From contig NMRA01000927.1 of the NCBI GenBank assembly GCA_002633005.1, forward strand, positions 32,565-96,564: a stretch of 64,000 nt of DNA, given 5' to 3'. Made by a program: the position numbers and the translations under genes. Below are positions 50,701-58,231 of this stretch, in pieces; position 1 is the first letter of the stretch; each line of letters begins with the position of its first letter. The stretch is from Phoronis australis. Its lineage: Eukaryota > Animalia > Phoronida. The notes under the pieces were generated by a model, which was given only the letters and a program-made list of their open reading frames with translations, ran no database searches and was not told the DNA's origin.

Positions 50701-53700
50701 AAAAGGATTTTTCCAAGCAGCACAGTTTTCGTATTTTGACTTTATAAAAGAATGTGAAGTTTTCATGATTTTCAAATTTTTTTAGTTTTGTTTGTAATTC
50801 CAATTTGTAAGGCCTTTTCGACATTTACAATACCCTATAAAGTGTATAGTGTCATTACAAATGTCCTAGTTAAGGAATAGTTTTAGTTACCGAAAACAAC
50901 GTCACTACTACAAATTTGGTTTTATATCCTGTGTTGTGAGATAGAGCCTTCTATTTGCTTTTCACCCAGAGCAGACGTAACATACACCCAGCTATGCCAC
51001 ACTCATCTGGTAACACTCAAGTTACAGTAGGTAATGCATCTGACCTCTGGTCCCTCTCTATCTGCAGGACAATCAGAAGCGGCCTATCAAACAGTATCAC
51101 TTTACCGCATGGCCCGATCACGGTGCCCCGAGTCACGCCACACCTTTACTGGGCTTCTGGAGAAAGGTCAGGTCATACGAAGTTCCGGACTCCGGGCCAA
51201 TGATATGCCATTGCAGGTAGGTCAAAGGTTAGGTGGTTTGATGTTGACAAGAGAGTACAATAGAGCTCGGATTATGATTACGTTATGTTCAAAACAGTCA
51301 TGGTAATGATAAGACTAAGATTCAATTGACAATCTGAACAAATTGAAGCTGAAAAGTGAATAACTTTTAGACTGTTTTGTTCGGTTTGGTTTGGTGTCTC
51401 AGGTTTATTACTTGAATTTATCCTCAGTGTATACAATCTCCACTCATCCTTTCATCGGTTAGTGTCCAAATTAATCAAAGAAAAGCATGTTACAGTAATT
51501 GCTTTTCGTTATCGAGCCAATATTAGTGCTTGGTTTGCAGTTTGATATTGTCGTTACTGCTGCAGATGTGTGTGTTTAGGCACATGTGCCTATTGTAAAG
51601 CTACACTTATAACCGTAGTTGGATGAATGGGCCTGTTTGTGAAAGTTTGGGGTAAAACCAAGGAGCAGATTTTCGAAACATGTTCAGGAAATTTAACTTA
51701 TTCGCTACAAGATAGTGGACAAAAATTAACTATCAAATTAAAAATGGGAACTAAGCAGTCAGTTGACGAAAACACAAAAAAACCAGTTTAAGACGTGTAC
51801 ACATACAAGGGATAGCTGCCTGCACCTTTGAGTGAAGGTCCAAAGTATGCCTACTAGAAAAATAGAGAATTTCAGATACGGTTGCTTGGAACTAATGTTC
51901 AGATGTCATGAGAATGAAAAATTTGATAAAGCATTTCAGAATGCAATGTCTCTGTTTTTGATTTTGTTATGCGGAACCATGTTGATGGCTTTCAGATTGT
52001 TTTGTGTTGAGGTCTTAAGCAAGTCTGTTAAGGTTGTGTTGGACTCCAATTTATAAAATATAGAAATATTCAAATTTTCTGCACTTTAAAGCGTCACATC
52101 TCAGCAATGGCTGATCTGATTCATGCAAAACATTCAGATTCTATGCTTTGTAGACTGTTTATCTAAATGCTGTAGGGAATTATTTTTAAAATATTCCATT
52201 TTGCATGAGGACTTTTATGATTTTTACAGAAAATACAAAAAGAAAATGGTTATTTAGAAAACTGCAAAATGTTTTTTCACATTTCATCTTGATCATTTGT
52301 ATCAAGCGAAATCTGGGAATGTTATTCGTATTGTTGGTTTTCTATAATGTACATTGAAAATTTTCTTTTTTGCTAATTAAAATTTTACCAAACTCAAAAG
52401 GTCATGTGACCCGATTGAATTCATGGCAAATTTTCAAAAGGGAAATTCTTAAAGTTTTCTACTCTCAAAAAATATGTTCTTTCACTGAATTAAATTGCAT
52501 AGTACATGTTTGGCAAATGCACAGACTTACGATAAGGTCCTACGTATAAATCATAAACCTAACTGAACCATGTCTGTCCAGAAAGATTAAGTCGATTGTG
52601 AAAATAAGTCTTTATTCATTTGATTTTGTGAATTTAATTTTAATGAATTACTAAAATTCTAACTTGTCTTTCTCAGTTAATCATTTTGCGATTCCTCGTG
52701 TTCACACATTGTGCCGTTAGGTATATGCATTTTATACGATCCTGTGTTTCGCCTGTTTGGTGTAGCCTTATACACCTTATTCACGCAGTCGCCATTTCAA
52801 GAGGGAGCCTCTTTTTAGGTCTTGAAATAGTGCATTCCGCGCTTAATCACGTGCCTCGCTAATATTTATGTCCCAAATGCATTGTTTTTTAAATCTGAAA
52901 AGAGGCTCACTTTTAAAATGGCAACTGTGAATGAGGTCTATAAGCCAGACTTCCATGCTTGTAGCCTCAGATTGCCACCAAAGTCGGTGTGTTAGGTGAT
53001 CACATGTTTGGCCTCTTTGTAGTGCTGGTGTTGGCCGTACAGGCACGTTCATCGCCTTGGATTACCTGATGGACCAGGCAGACACAGAGGGCAAGGTGAA
53101 CGTATACGCATATGTCAAGGACATGAGAACAAAGCGTTGTAACATGATACAGGTGAGCATCCCTTGGTTCATATTTTTGTACTCCCAAGTCAAACTCGTA
53201 ATTATTTTTCACGTCTGTTCGAATACAAAATCAGTTTTGTGTGCTTGAGTATGTCTTTGTTTATGCTGGTGAGAATCTAGTCCCATTTCGCACTACTGGT
53301 GACCCCTAGGTTTGAGCTACAAACCCGTAAAAACTCTAAGACTTCACGTTTGGACTCCCAACTTGTATTGGTAATACTGGGGTCATCAAGTGCAAGCTGG
53401 GACGTAAACCATAGTATATTCAAGCACGCAAAACTGAATTAGAGGCATTTGAATTCGCAAAAAAGTACAACAGAAAATGTTTCCTGGATAGGTGGTCTTT
53501 GTTCACATTCATTTTGTTAATTAGTTAAAATGAAAGTAACCTTTCGAAAACTCTGCTTTTCAGTAAGCTCATCGTGTGTGCTTACGAACTTACTGTGAAA
53601 TACGCTGCAGTTCGGTGTACTGCTTACATTTAGACAATAAGAGGATGGTTATGGGTGACAACTGAAAGGGAAGAAAAATTATATTTTGTCTCTGAAATCC

Positions 53701-56700
53701 TGAGAAATGTCTTAAAATAGTTTCCATGCTTGGAAAACTCATTGAAAATGGAAAAGTATGAAAAAGATGAATTAAAACCTCTCGTGTGACACGTCGGGTG
53801 TTATTGTTTTAGGTTGTATTAATTGTTCTAGTCTCCTTATCGTGGGAAAAACGTCAGGTTTGCCTCTGTGGTGCATGTATCGGTGTATTTGGTGTTAGTT
53901 TCTAAGATGAGAAATGAATCTTTCCAGACGCTTGAACAGTACGTCTTCCTGCACAATGCGCTGCTGGAGGCGATCAAAAGTGGTAACACATGCATACCTG
54001 CTGAAGAGTTCATACTGGAGCACGCCACGCTCTCCGTCTTGAACACGGACACAAAGAAAACTCCCATGGAAGAGCAGTTTGAAGTGAGTGGTCTTGTTAT
54101 GGATGATGTGTTAAGTACGGACTTGGTAGTGGCATAATGTGTGATTAGAACTGGAGTTGTTGAAGAAACTGAATGGGTTGTATGTGCAATTTTTGTTGAT
54201 ACCTCAGCTGCATTTGATCGTATTGATTGTGACTGATACCTCAACTGTATTTGATGTTATTGATTGCGACATGATTTATGATCGTATTCCTAGATACAAT
54301 GTTAGTAATCTGAACATTAATTTCACTAAATGCACTTGATAATGTCAGTTGCATAGCATAACATGCAGAATTTCCAATTTATTTCAGAATGTTTTTGTGT
54401 TTATGTTAAATAATTTATTTCCTTTTTTTCAGCTTCTTCGTGACTTAATCCTGCCCATTAACATGTCACGTGTCAAATCTGCTCTAGACACTGAAAACTC
54501 AAGTAAAAACAGAGACCCAACCATTGTGCCATGTAAGTTGCAGAAATTGAATAAAATTAAATACGTTTTTAGCAATTATTACACTGAAATAACTGGTTTT
54601 TATGATTATGAGGATGATAATAAGTTGTAAGTGTTATATGCTATTATTGTCACTCTGAAACTTTTGGATTGCAGTTGACACCTCAGATGTGTACCTAAAA
54701 GATACCATGACATTTAATTTTGTTATAATTTCAGTTTGATGTAGTCGTTTAGCATTCAGACGAATTTGCCGGTAACAAACGAAAATTGCGTGACATTACT
54801 TGATGATGTTAATTAAATCAGTTTTTGGCCACAGTAAGATTAAAAACCGGACGATCGCGTTTCGTTTAATTGAACATGAACTTTTTTATTTGTGCGGCGA
54901 TCATCCGGTTTTTGATGATGTTAATATGTTATTTTAGATAACAGTTGTCGACCATACCTAATCACCCCAGTCGATGGCTCCACCGACTACATAAATGCTG
55001 TGTTCATTGACGTAAGTGTGACCTTGCTGTCCAATAATTACATTTGAACTGTCTAGTGTCAGTTGTGAGGTTTTCTAGGAAGCGTGGAGTTGCATAACGT
55101 TTCAAAAGTCCTCTCGTATACAGAAAAGAGCAGACGGCAGCGAGATGATGTCATGATGCTGTCAATGTAACTGGTATCACGAGGAGCCTTCCCTCATTGT
55201 GTTCGTCAATTTCTTTCTTTCTTTCTTGATAAAATTATCGTATTTTATACAACAGTTTATACGTATGGGTGATAAAATTATCGTATTTTATACTATCCGA
55301 AATTGTCAAAAACATGCTTTGAAACGTGAATCATTTTCATTTGATTAGTAAGAGTTTTAGTAATACATTGCTCCTGGGAATGGTATATGTATTTGTCTCT
55401 ATGTGTGAATAGTGGGGATGTCTGAAAAGAGACCACCGGGGGGGGGTCTTTCGGAAAAAAGTGTTGGTTCTTTCGGAATTGTGTTGCGTCATGCAGCACT
55501 CTTGTTCAGCAATAGGCTTTTAAGGTATATTGTAAGACGAAGGTTTTGTTGTAGGTCACTTGGCTGGTGTAAGACAAATGACACTTCATCTATTGATAAG
55601 TTAGTCAACTTGAAATATTTTGACGATCTGTTCGAGATGAAAGCTTGAGAAAATATTTACATGTTGACCTTGTTTTGTACATGTACCTGTCATACAAAAT
55701 CCCCAAAAAGCCCCTGTGAGATTTTTTCGGACCTTGTTTTTTTTCCGAAATCTCCGTTGTGACCGTCCTTTGTGCTCATTTTATACATACTCACTCTTAC
55801 AGAGCTATCGCAACAAAGACGAGTTCATCGTTACCCAGGCCCCACTACCCAACACCGTCATCGACTTCTGGCGTATGGTTTATGACCACAAGTCAAGTGC
55901 CATCGTCATGGTGAATGAGGCGAACGATGCGGATGAGTCGATGGTGCAGTACTGGCCAGAAGAGGGCAGTGAGGTCACCACCTATGGTCCGTTCACGGTC
56001 GAGTTAGTGGCTCCTGCTATCAGCAACAGTACAGTGACCATGCGCGAGTTTAAGATAACGTACTCAAGGCGGGTGAGTGTTGTTGATTCAAACGCAGAGA
56101 GTCCTAGTGCTTAGTAGATGTGAGCATTTTATTCCTCGACATCTAATTTCGTATTGAGTAAGTGCCGTCTTTGTTGGGTGCTGTAAATCTTTGTTCTAGA
56201 TATTGAACACTCTTCCCAACCGTCTTAACTTTTTCACAACTAACCCGCCTGAAACCACCCCTTACTGCTAGCGATCAGACCCACGTCAATCCGCCCGACA
56301 CTGACTGGTAAATTTAGCTCCGTGTTTACTCCTGTAGTATCTCAAACTTTTTTCGTAATGTTTACCTTCATCTCTTCTTATTCTTGTGATTGATTTTGGA
56401 AATTCTACTTTTATCGCAATTTTCAAAAGTAACTCGTTTTGAAAAATTGAGAAAGACAAAGACTATAAACACACGTTTGCTGTCATTTCAGTTGACAGAA
56501 GAGCCACTCTTAGTGAAACAGTTCCAGCTGAACTGTTGGCCTGACGTGGATGACACACCTGAGTCACCGTCAATACTGCTAGATCTGATGACCACAGTGT
56601 TCCAGGCCAGTCAGACTGGACCAATCACTGTACACTGCAGGTAACACGTTGTCCAGTCGTGGCTTATGGAGCCCTGAAGTAATGCTTTAGTCATAGCCCA

Positions 56701-58231
56701 TTGTGGGTGGGACATGTAACTAATGGGTGGAGTTGAATCCATTAGTAATGGACCAATCACGATGTGCAGCAGGTACTATGTCAGATTAGTCATAGCTTAG
56801 GATTGGTTGGTATCAGTTACCAATGAATTGTAGCACATGATGGGTTGGACCTTCAATTGCTGAGCCAATCAAGAGTTCATGATTGGCTCAGATCTGTTGG
56901 TAATGGACCAGCCACAGACTCCAGTAGGATATAACCACTATCTCTCAGATATTCATTTCTATTGTGTGCCACGTATTGACAGCTGCCTCAAAATTATGGT
57001 CCGTCAATGAAATGACTAATGTATAAATTGCACTTCACGTGGATACATTTCATAATACTTAAGCGAGCATCAGAAAAATGCAAATCTGATTTTGATTGTA
57101 AGCTGTTTGCAAATTTGAAATGCAATTACTGGCTTTTCAATGAATAACAATTCAGCAGAGATTGGAGTGGGCTAGTCACTACTAGAAATAGTCTATATCC
57201 TTAAATGATATGTATAACGTCTTGCCATCCTCCACGTTTGACTTCTCATCTACATCTGAGTGATATATGTATTGTTTTGCTTTCCTGCAGGAATGGCGCT
57301 GAGCACAGTGGTCTGTTTGTGGCAGCGTGCTATGTTGTGGAGAAGCTGTCTCTGGAGAGGGAGGTGGATGTGTTCCAGGCTGTCAAACACATCTGTATCA
57401 ACCGACCACACCTGGTCGCTAGCTTTGTAAGTCACCCTCCCTTCTCGTCCTTTCTCGTGTCTGACAGTTCACTTACCACCCTATGCCTGATAGTTCTCAT
57501 ATAGCATAGTTTGGTTTAACTGTGCAATTGTGCAGAATCGTTTCTCATTGAGTGCTGCCATCTTCAGGCCATTTTCCTTCTGGTCGTCCTAATGATGTTT
57601 TATTGCCACGGTACTAATATTGTAGTCTCGTCTGAAAACGTGGCCAAAATAATACTTATGGTGTTTGAGTATGAGGTACTACAATTCTTGGAGTATTAAT
57701 TTACACTCTGTCATTTGTTCATAGCGTGTGTTACAGCAAGTCACAGCTCTCGGGTCCCGACTTGTTTTCTGCCTGTCCATGATTTTCATGAATCTCTTGT
57801 TCTGTCCAGTGCATAAGAACTGAGGATTTTCTTCTTTGAGTAGTTCAATTTTACATACTCTACATTTCATTTCATTTTTTTGGTTTCTTATTCAGAAGTG
57901 AAAACTCTGTAACCGGAACAATTATGTAGATTTTGAGATCTCAAGATCAACCGTTGCAAGAATATAGGGTTGGCGGTCCATTCATCATTGGTTCATTCGC
58001 TGTAGTCCATGAAGTATCTCGTTAAGCCATTGAAGCATCTCATTGCAGTCCAAAACACAAGGTCAACTGTTGCAAGAATTCAGAGCCTGCAGCTCATTTG
58101 TTGTAGTCGATGGTCTTAACGAACTGTTTTTCTTGCCATTGTAGGAACAGTACAAGTTTTGCTACCAGTTGATACAGGCGTATTTGGACAAAAACCAACC
58201 TGAACCAATCTACGGCAATGTCAACTGCTGA
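11636..58231 (+). CDS. Receptor-type protein tyrosine phosphatase, 5'-partial, 30 exons: EGF-kringle-EGF-Ig-4xFN3-FN3-like-TM-PTP D1-PTP D2
   Basis: Manual splicing of 30 GT-AG exons gives one open frame (4547 nt = 2 + 1515 codons incl. TGA 58229-58231). PTP motifs [39 protein letters not shown]; [25 protein letters not shown] followed by YRRKRR. The juxtamembrane [17 protein letters not shown] resembles R2A/R2B (LAR/PTPmu/kappa) RPTPs, but no one-to-one orthologue is recognised. Confidence 0.95.
14993..15122. repeat. Degenerate ~16-bp tandem repeat with a TGGAAAA core
   Basis: TGGAAAA recurs at ~16-18 nt spacing. Confidence 0.7.
15507..15779 (+). CDS. RPTP exon: kringle domain
   Basis: ttgcag|AG..TGC G|gtgagt; [31 protein letters not shown]...[36 protein letters not shown], six kringle Cys with YxG, CxxW, NFCRSP, PWCY and YCD motifs; 273 nt, phase 1-1. 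Confidence 0.93.
16762..16821. repeat. (CA)n microsatellite
   Basis: Directly visible. Confidence 0.95.
18190..18425. mobile_element. Possible PIF/Harbinger-like MITE
   Basis: TAA|GGCACTGTCTCAC ... TGTGACATTGCC|TTTAA; short imperfect TIR. Confidence 0.4.
20263..20400 (+). CDS. RPTP exon: EGF-like repeat 2
   Basis: ttttag|AC..AAG G|gtaagg; [46 protein letters not shown]; 138 nt, phase 1-1. Confidence 0.92.
21329..21971. other. Assembly gap (643 N)
   Basis: N run. Confidence 1.
22582..22869 (+). CDS. RPTP exon: Ig-like domain
   Basis: ttttag|TC..TTT G|gtatga; ...[13 protein letters not shown]...GDEYTCTYG..., the two-Cys Ig pattern; 288 nt, phase 1-1. Confidence 0.85.
24306..24447 (+). CDS. 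RPTP exon: FN3-1 N-half
   Basis: ttcag|AA..GG|gtgagt; [47 protein letters not shown]; phase 1-2. Confidence 0.85.
24650..25200 (+). mobile_element. Older HINE/DINE-like element
   Basis: TTTTTGTGCGCCCACAT...ATATGGTCG 5' end, GTCCG-like microsatellite, then ~150-bp subunits with ATATCTC..GAAA(A/C)TT motifs; 3' boundary approximate. Confidence 0.55.
29687..29714. other. Assembly gap (28 N)
   Basis: N run. Confidence 1.
31616..31785 (+). CDS. RPTP exon: FN3-1 C-half
   Basis: cacag|T..GAT G|gtgcgt; [56 protein letters not shown] (GLxPxxxY FN3 motif); phase 2-1. Confidence 0.92.
31876..31952. repeat. 25-bp inverted repeat hairpin
   Basis: ACGTGAGACTTTATTTTCTCATTTT / AAAATGAGAAAATAAAATCTCACGT, 1 mismatch, 27-nt spacer. 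Confidence 0.75.
32556..32638 (+). CDS. RPTP exon: FN3-2 N-part
   Basis: cacag|TG..CAG|gtatga; [28 protein letters not shown]; phase 1-0, needed to join the neighbouring exons. Confidence 0.8.
32660..33397. mobile_element. Degenerate TA-flanked TIR element (Tc1/mariner-like)
   Basis: TTTTCTCTAATAGTTCGTACA ... TGTATGAACTATTAGAGAAAAGATGG|TA; internal repeats of TCTCTAATAGTT. Confidence 0.65.
33669..33842. repeat. (GAATTGTAATT)n / (GAATT)n minisatellite
   Basis: Directly visible tandem array. Confidence 0.95.
34231..34471 (+). CDS. RPTP exon: FN3-2 C-part
   Basis: ttacag|CTG..AGC A|gtgagt; [12 protein letters not shown]...[38 protein letters not shown]; phase 0-1. Confidence 0.9.
34671..34852 (-). 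mobile_element. tRNA-derived SINE copy A
   Basis: Clear similarity to 42521-42745 (GGTCTGRTACACGTTGTACC..GCAGGCC..GCATGTRGGCCCAT..., CTCAAGGGT). Confidence 0.7.
34915..35141 (+). CDS. RPTP exon: FN3-3
   Basis: ttccag|CA..CAG|gtgagg; [36 protein letters not shown]...[13 protein letters not shown]; phase 1-0. Confidence 0.93.
35183..35464. mobile_element. Foldback/MITE with ~83-bp perfect terminal inverted repeats
   Basis: 35183-35265 is the exact reverse complement of the right arm ending at 35464; ACTT on both flanks (4-bp TSD candidate); three internal CTATATTAATATAG palindromes. Confidence 0.88.
35844..35913 (+). CDS. RPTP exon: FN3-3 C-end
   Basis: catcag|GTG..GGA T|gtgagt; [23 protein letters not shown]; phase 0-1. 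Confidence 0.9.
35960..36163. repeat. 18-bp minisatellite (TTGATGAGACATTCTACC)n, ~11 copies
   Basis: Directly visible; it generates the spurious MSHQGR-repeat ORF. Confidence 0.95.
36742..36848 (+). CDS. RPTP exon: FN3-4 N-half
   Basis: ttgcag|TG..TTG|gtatga; [35 protein letters not shown]; phase 1-0. Confidence 0.92.
36968..40030 (+). mobile_element. Helentron/DINE-1-like non-autonomous element (HINE) with an internal tandem array
   Basis: T-run start, 5' hairpin TGCGACCACATA-TTTA-TATGTGGACGCA, (GTCC)n-like microsatellite at 37015-37055, then ~450-bp units (starts ~37140, 37587, 38037, 39862) built of ~150-bp subunits; interrupted by 38420-39829. Confidence 0.7.
38420..39829. mobile_element. 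1.4-kb Tc2-type non-autonomous DNA transposon
   Basis: 25-bp TIR CCGTATTCGCCGTAATAACCGCCCA with 1 mismatch, TA TSD; CpG-rich interior with no transposase ORF; interrupts a repeat unit at AATTTAG-TA. Confidence 0.9.
40489..40666 (+). CDS. RPTP exon: FN3-4 C-half
   Basis: tcacag|GTC..CTA A|gtaagt; VQCAHMP...[34 protein letters not shown]; phase 0-1. Confidence 0.92.
40891..41032. repeat. ~21-bp minisatellite (TTTTTTCATTTGGCCTTATTC)n
   Basis: About 6 tandem copies. Confidence 0.92.
41144..41455 (+). mobile_element. Penelope-like element remnant (second family) with inverted 30-bp ends
   Basis: ATAAAAACAACAACGGATTTAAACCAGCTC (41144-41173) is the inverted counterpart of 41426-41455; a hammerhead motif lies directly before the right repeat. 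Confidence 0.65.
41387..41428 (+). ncRNA. Minimal type I hammerhead ribozyme motif
   Basis: CUGAUGA-U-GGUGUUU(CAAU)AAACGCC-GAAAC-AU-GUC: intact core, 7-bp stem II, palindromic ACAUGU stem III, predicted GUC cleavage after 41425; stem I is weak (UUU/GAG). Confidence 0.7.
41504..41594 (+). CDS. RPTP exon: juxtamembrane FN3-like N-part
   Basis: ttccag|GG..AA|gtgagt; [29 protein letters not shown]; phase 1-2. Confidence 0.88.
42100..42361 (+). CDS. RPTP exon: juxtamembrane FN3-like domain with furin site
   Basis: cttcag|G..GAG|gtaaac; [25 protein letters not shown]...YTAAEL...[29 protein letters not shown]; phase 2-0. Confidence 0.93.
42521..42745 (-). mobile_element. tRNA-derived SINE copy C
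   Basis: Minus-strand head GGTAGTGTGGCCTGGTTG (A box) ... GGTTCAAGTCC (B box) followed by CCCTTGAGCCAGG; three copies in the window. Confidence 0.75.
43746..44145. mobile_element. Putative MITE
   Basis: 27-bp inverted repeat TGCATGAAACAGTCCCAAATAGGGACT / AGTCCCTATTTGGGATTATTTGATGCA with 3 mismatches. Confidence 0.55.
44521..44711 (+). CDS. RPTP exon: transmembrane helix
   Basis: ttccag|GTC..AG|gtgtgc; ...[29 protein letters not shown]; phase 0-2. Confidence 0.92.
45610..45689 (+). CDS. RPTP exon: stop-transfer/juxtamembrane
   Basis: tttcag|G..GGC G|gttagt; (R)[26 protein letters not shown]; phase 2-1. Confidence 0.85.
46690..46877 (+). CDS. RPTP exon: intracellular juxtamembrane/wedge region
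   Basis: ttttag|GG..CAG|gtaggc; [13 protein letters not shown]...EPLYTNM...[26 protein letters not shown]; phase 1-0. Confidence 0.9.
47582..47669 (+). CDS. RPTP exon: D1 motif 1 (KNRY)
   Basis: [29 protein letters not shown]; 88 nt, ends T|gtaagt. Confidence 0.95.
47968..48044 (+). CDS. RPTP exon: D1 DHSRV..DYINA
   Basis: [26 protein letters not shown]; 77 nt; aag acceptor, gtaagt donor. Confidence 0.95.
49640..49774 (+). CDS. RPTP exon: D1 IATQGP
   Basis: [45 protein letters not shown]; 135 nt. Confidence 0.95.
50324..50443 (+). CDS. RPTP exon: D1 KCxxYWP
   Basis: [40 protein letters not shown]; 120 nt. Confidence 0.95.
51068..51216 (+). CDS. RPTP exon: D1 WPD loop and catalytic Cys
   Basis: [49 protein letters not shown](S); phase 0-2. 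Confidence 0.96.
53023..53152 (+). CDS. RPTP exon: D1 P-loop SAGVGRTG
   Basis: (S)[43 protein letters not shown]; 130 nt, CAG|gtgagc. Confidence 0.96.
53231..53438. repeat. Imperfect nested inverted repeat (old MITE-like hairpin)
   Basis: Outer arms TCAGTTTTGTGTGCTTGAGTAT / ATATTCAAGCACGCAAAACTGA; inner arms GTCCCA..GCAC..TGACCCC / GGGGTCA..GTGC..TGGGAC. Confidence 0.6.
53928..54083 (+). CDS. RPTP exon: D1 Q-loop end and D1-D2 linker
   Basis: ttccag|[28 protein letters not shown]...PMEEQFE|gtgagt; 156 nt. Confidence 0.95.
54433..54532 (+). CDS. RPTP exon: D2 motif 1 (KNRD)
   Basis: [33 protein letters not shown]; 100 nt. Confidence 0.92.
54814..54911 (+). mobile_element. Truncated copy of the 2711-2953 Penelope-like family
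   Basis: Reverse-complement match to both ends of 2711-2953; flanked by a perfect 14-bp direct repeat TTGATGATGTTAAT (54800-54813 / 54912-54925). Confidence 0.75.
54938..55011 (+). CDS. RPTP exon: D2 DYINA
   Basis: [25 protein letters not shown]; 74 nt. Confidence 0.94.
55803..56072 (+). CDS. RPTP exon: D2 core
   Basis: [38 protein letters not shown]...QYWPEEGS...[10 protein letters not shown]; 270 nt. Confidence 0.95.
56492..56640 (+). CDS. RPTP exon: D2 WPD and HC
   Basis: [49 protein letters not shown](R); phase 0-2. Confidence 0.94.
57291..57426 (+). CDS. RPTP exon: D2 degenerate P-loop
   Basis: (R)[45 protein letters not shown]; 136 nt. Confidence 0.95.
58145..58231 (+). CDS. RPTP terminal coding exon
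   Basis: ttgtag|[31 protein letters not shown]. Confidence 0.93.
   Translation, partial: EQYKFCYQLIQAYLDKNQPEPIYGNVNC

Noticed and set aside
57538-57572. Minus-strand CTGAAGA...GAAACG, a possible third hammerhead
   Set aside because: Stem II does not pair and there is no proper cleavage triplet/stem I; at most a decayed relic
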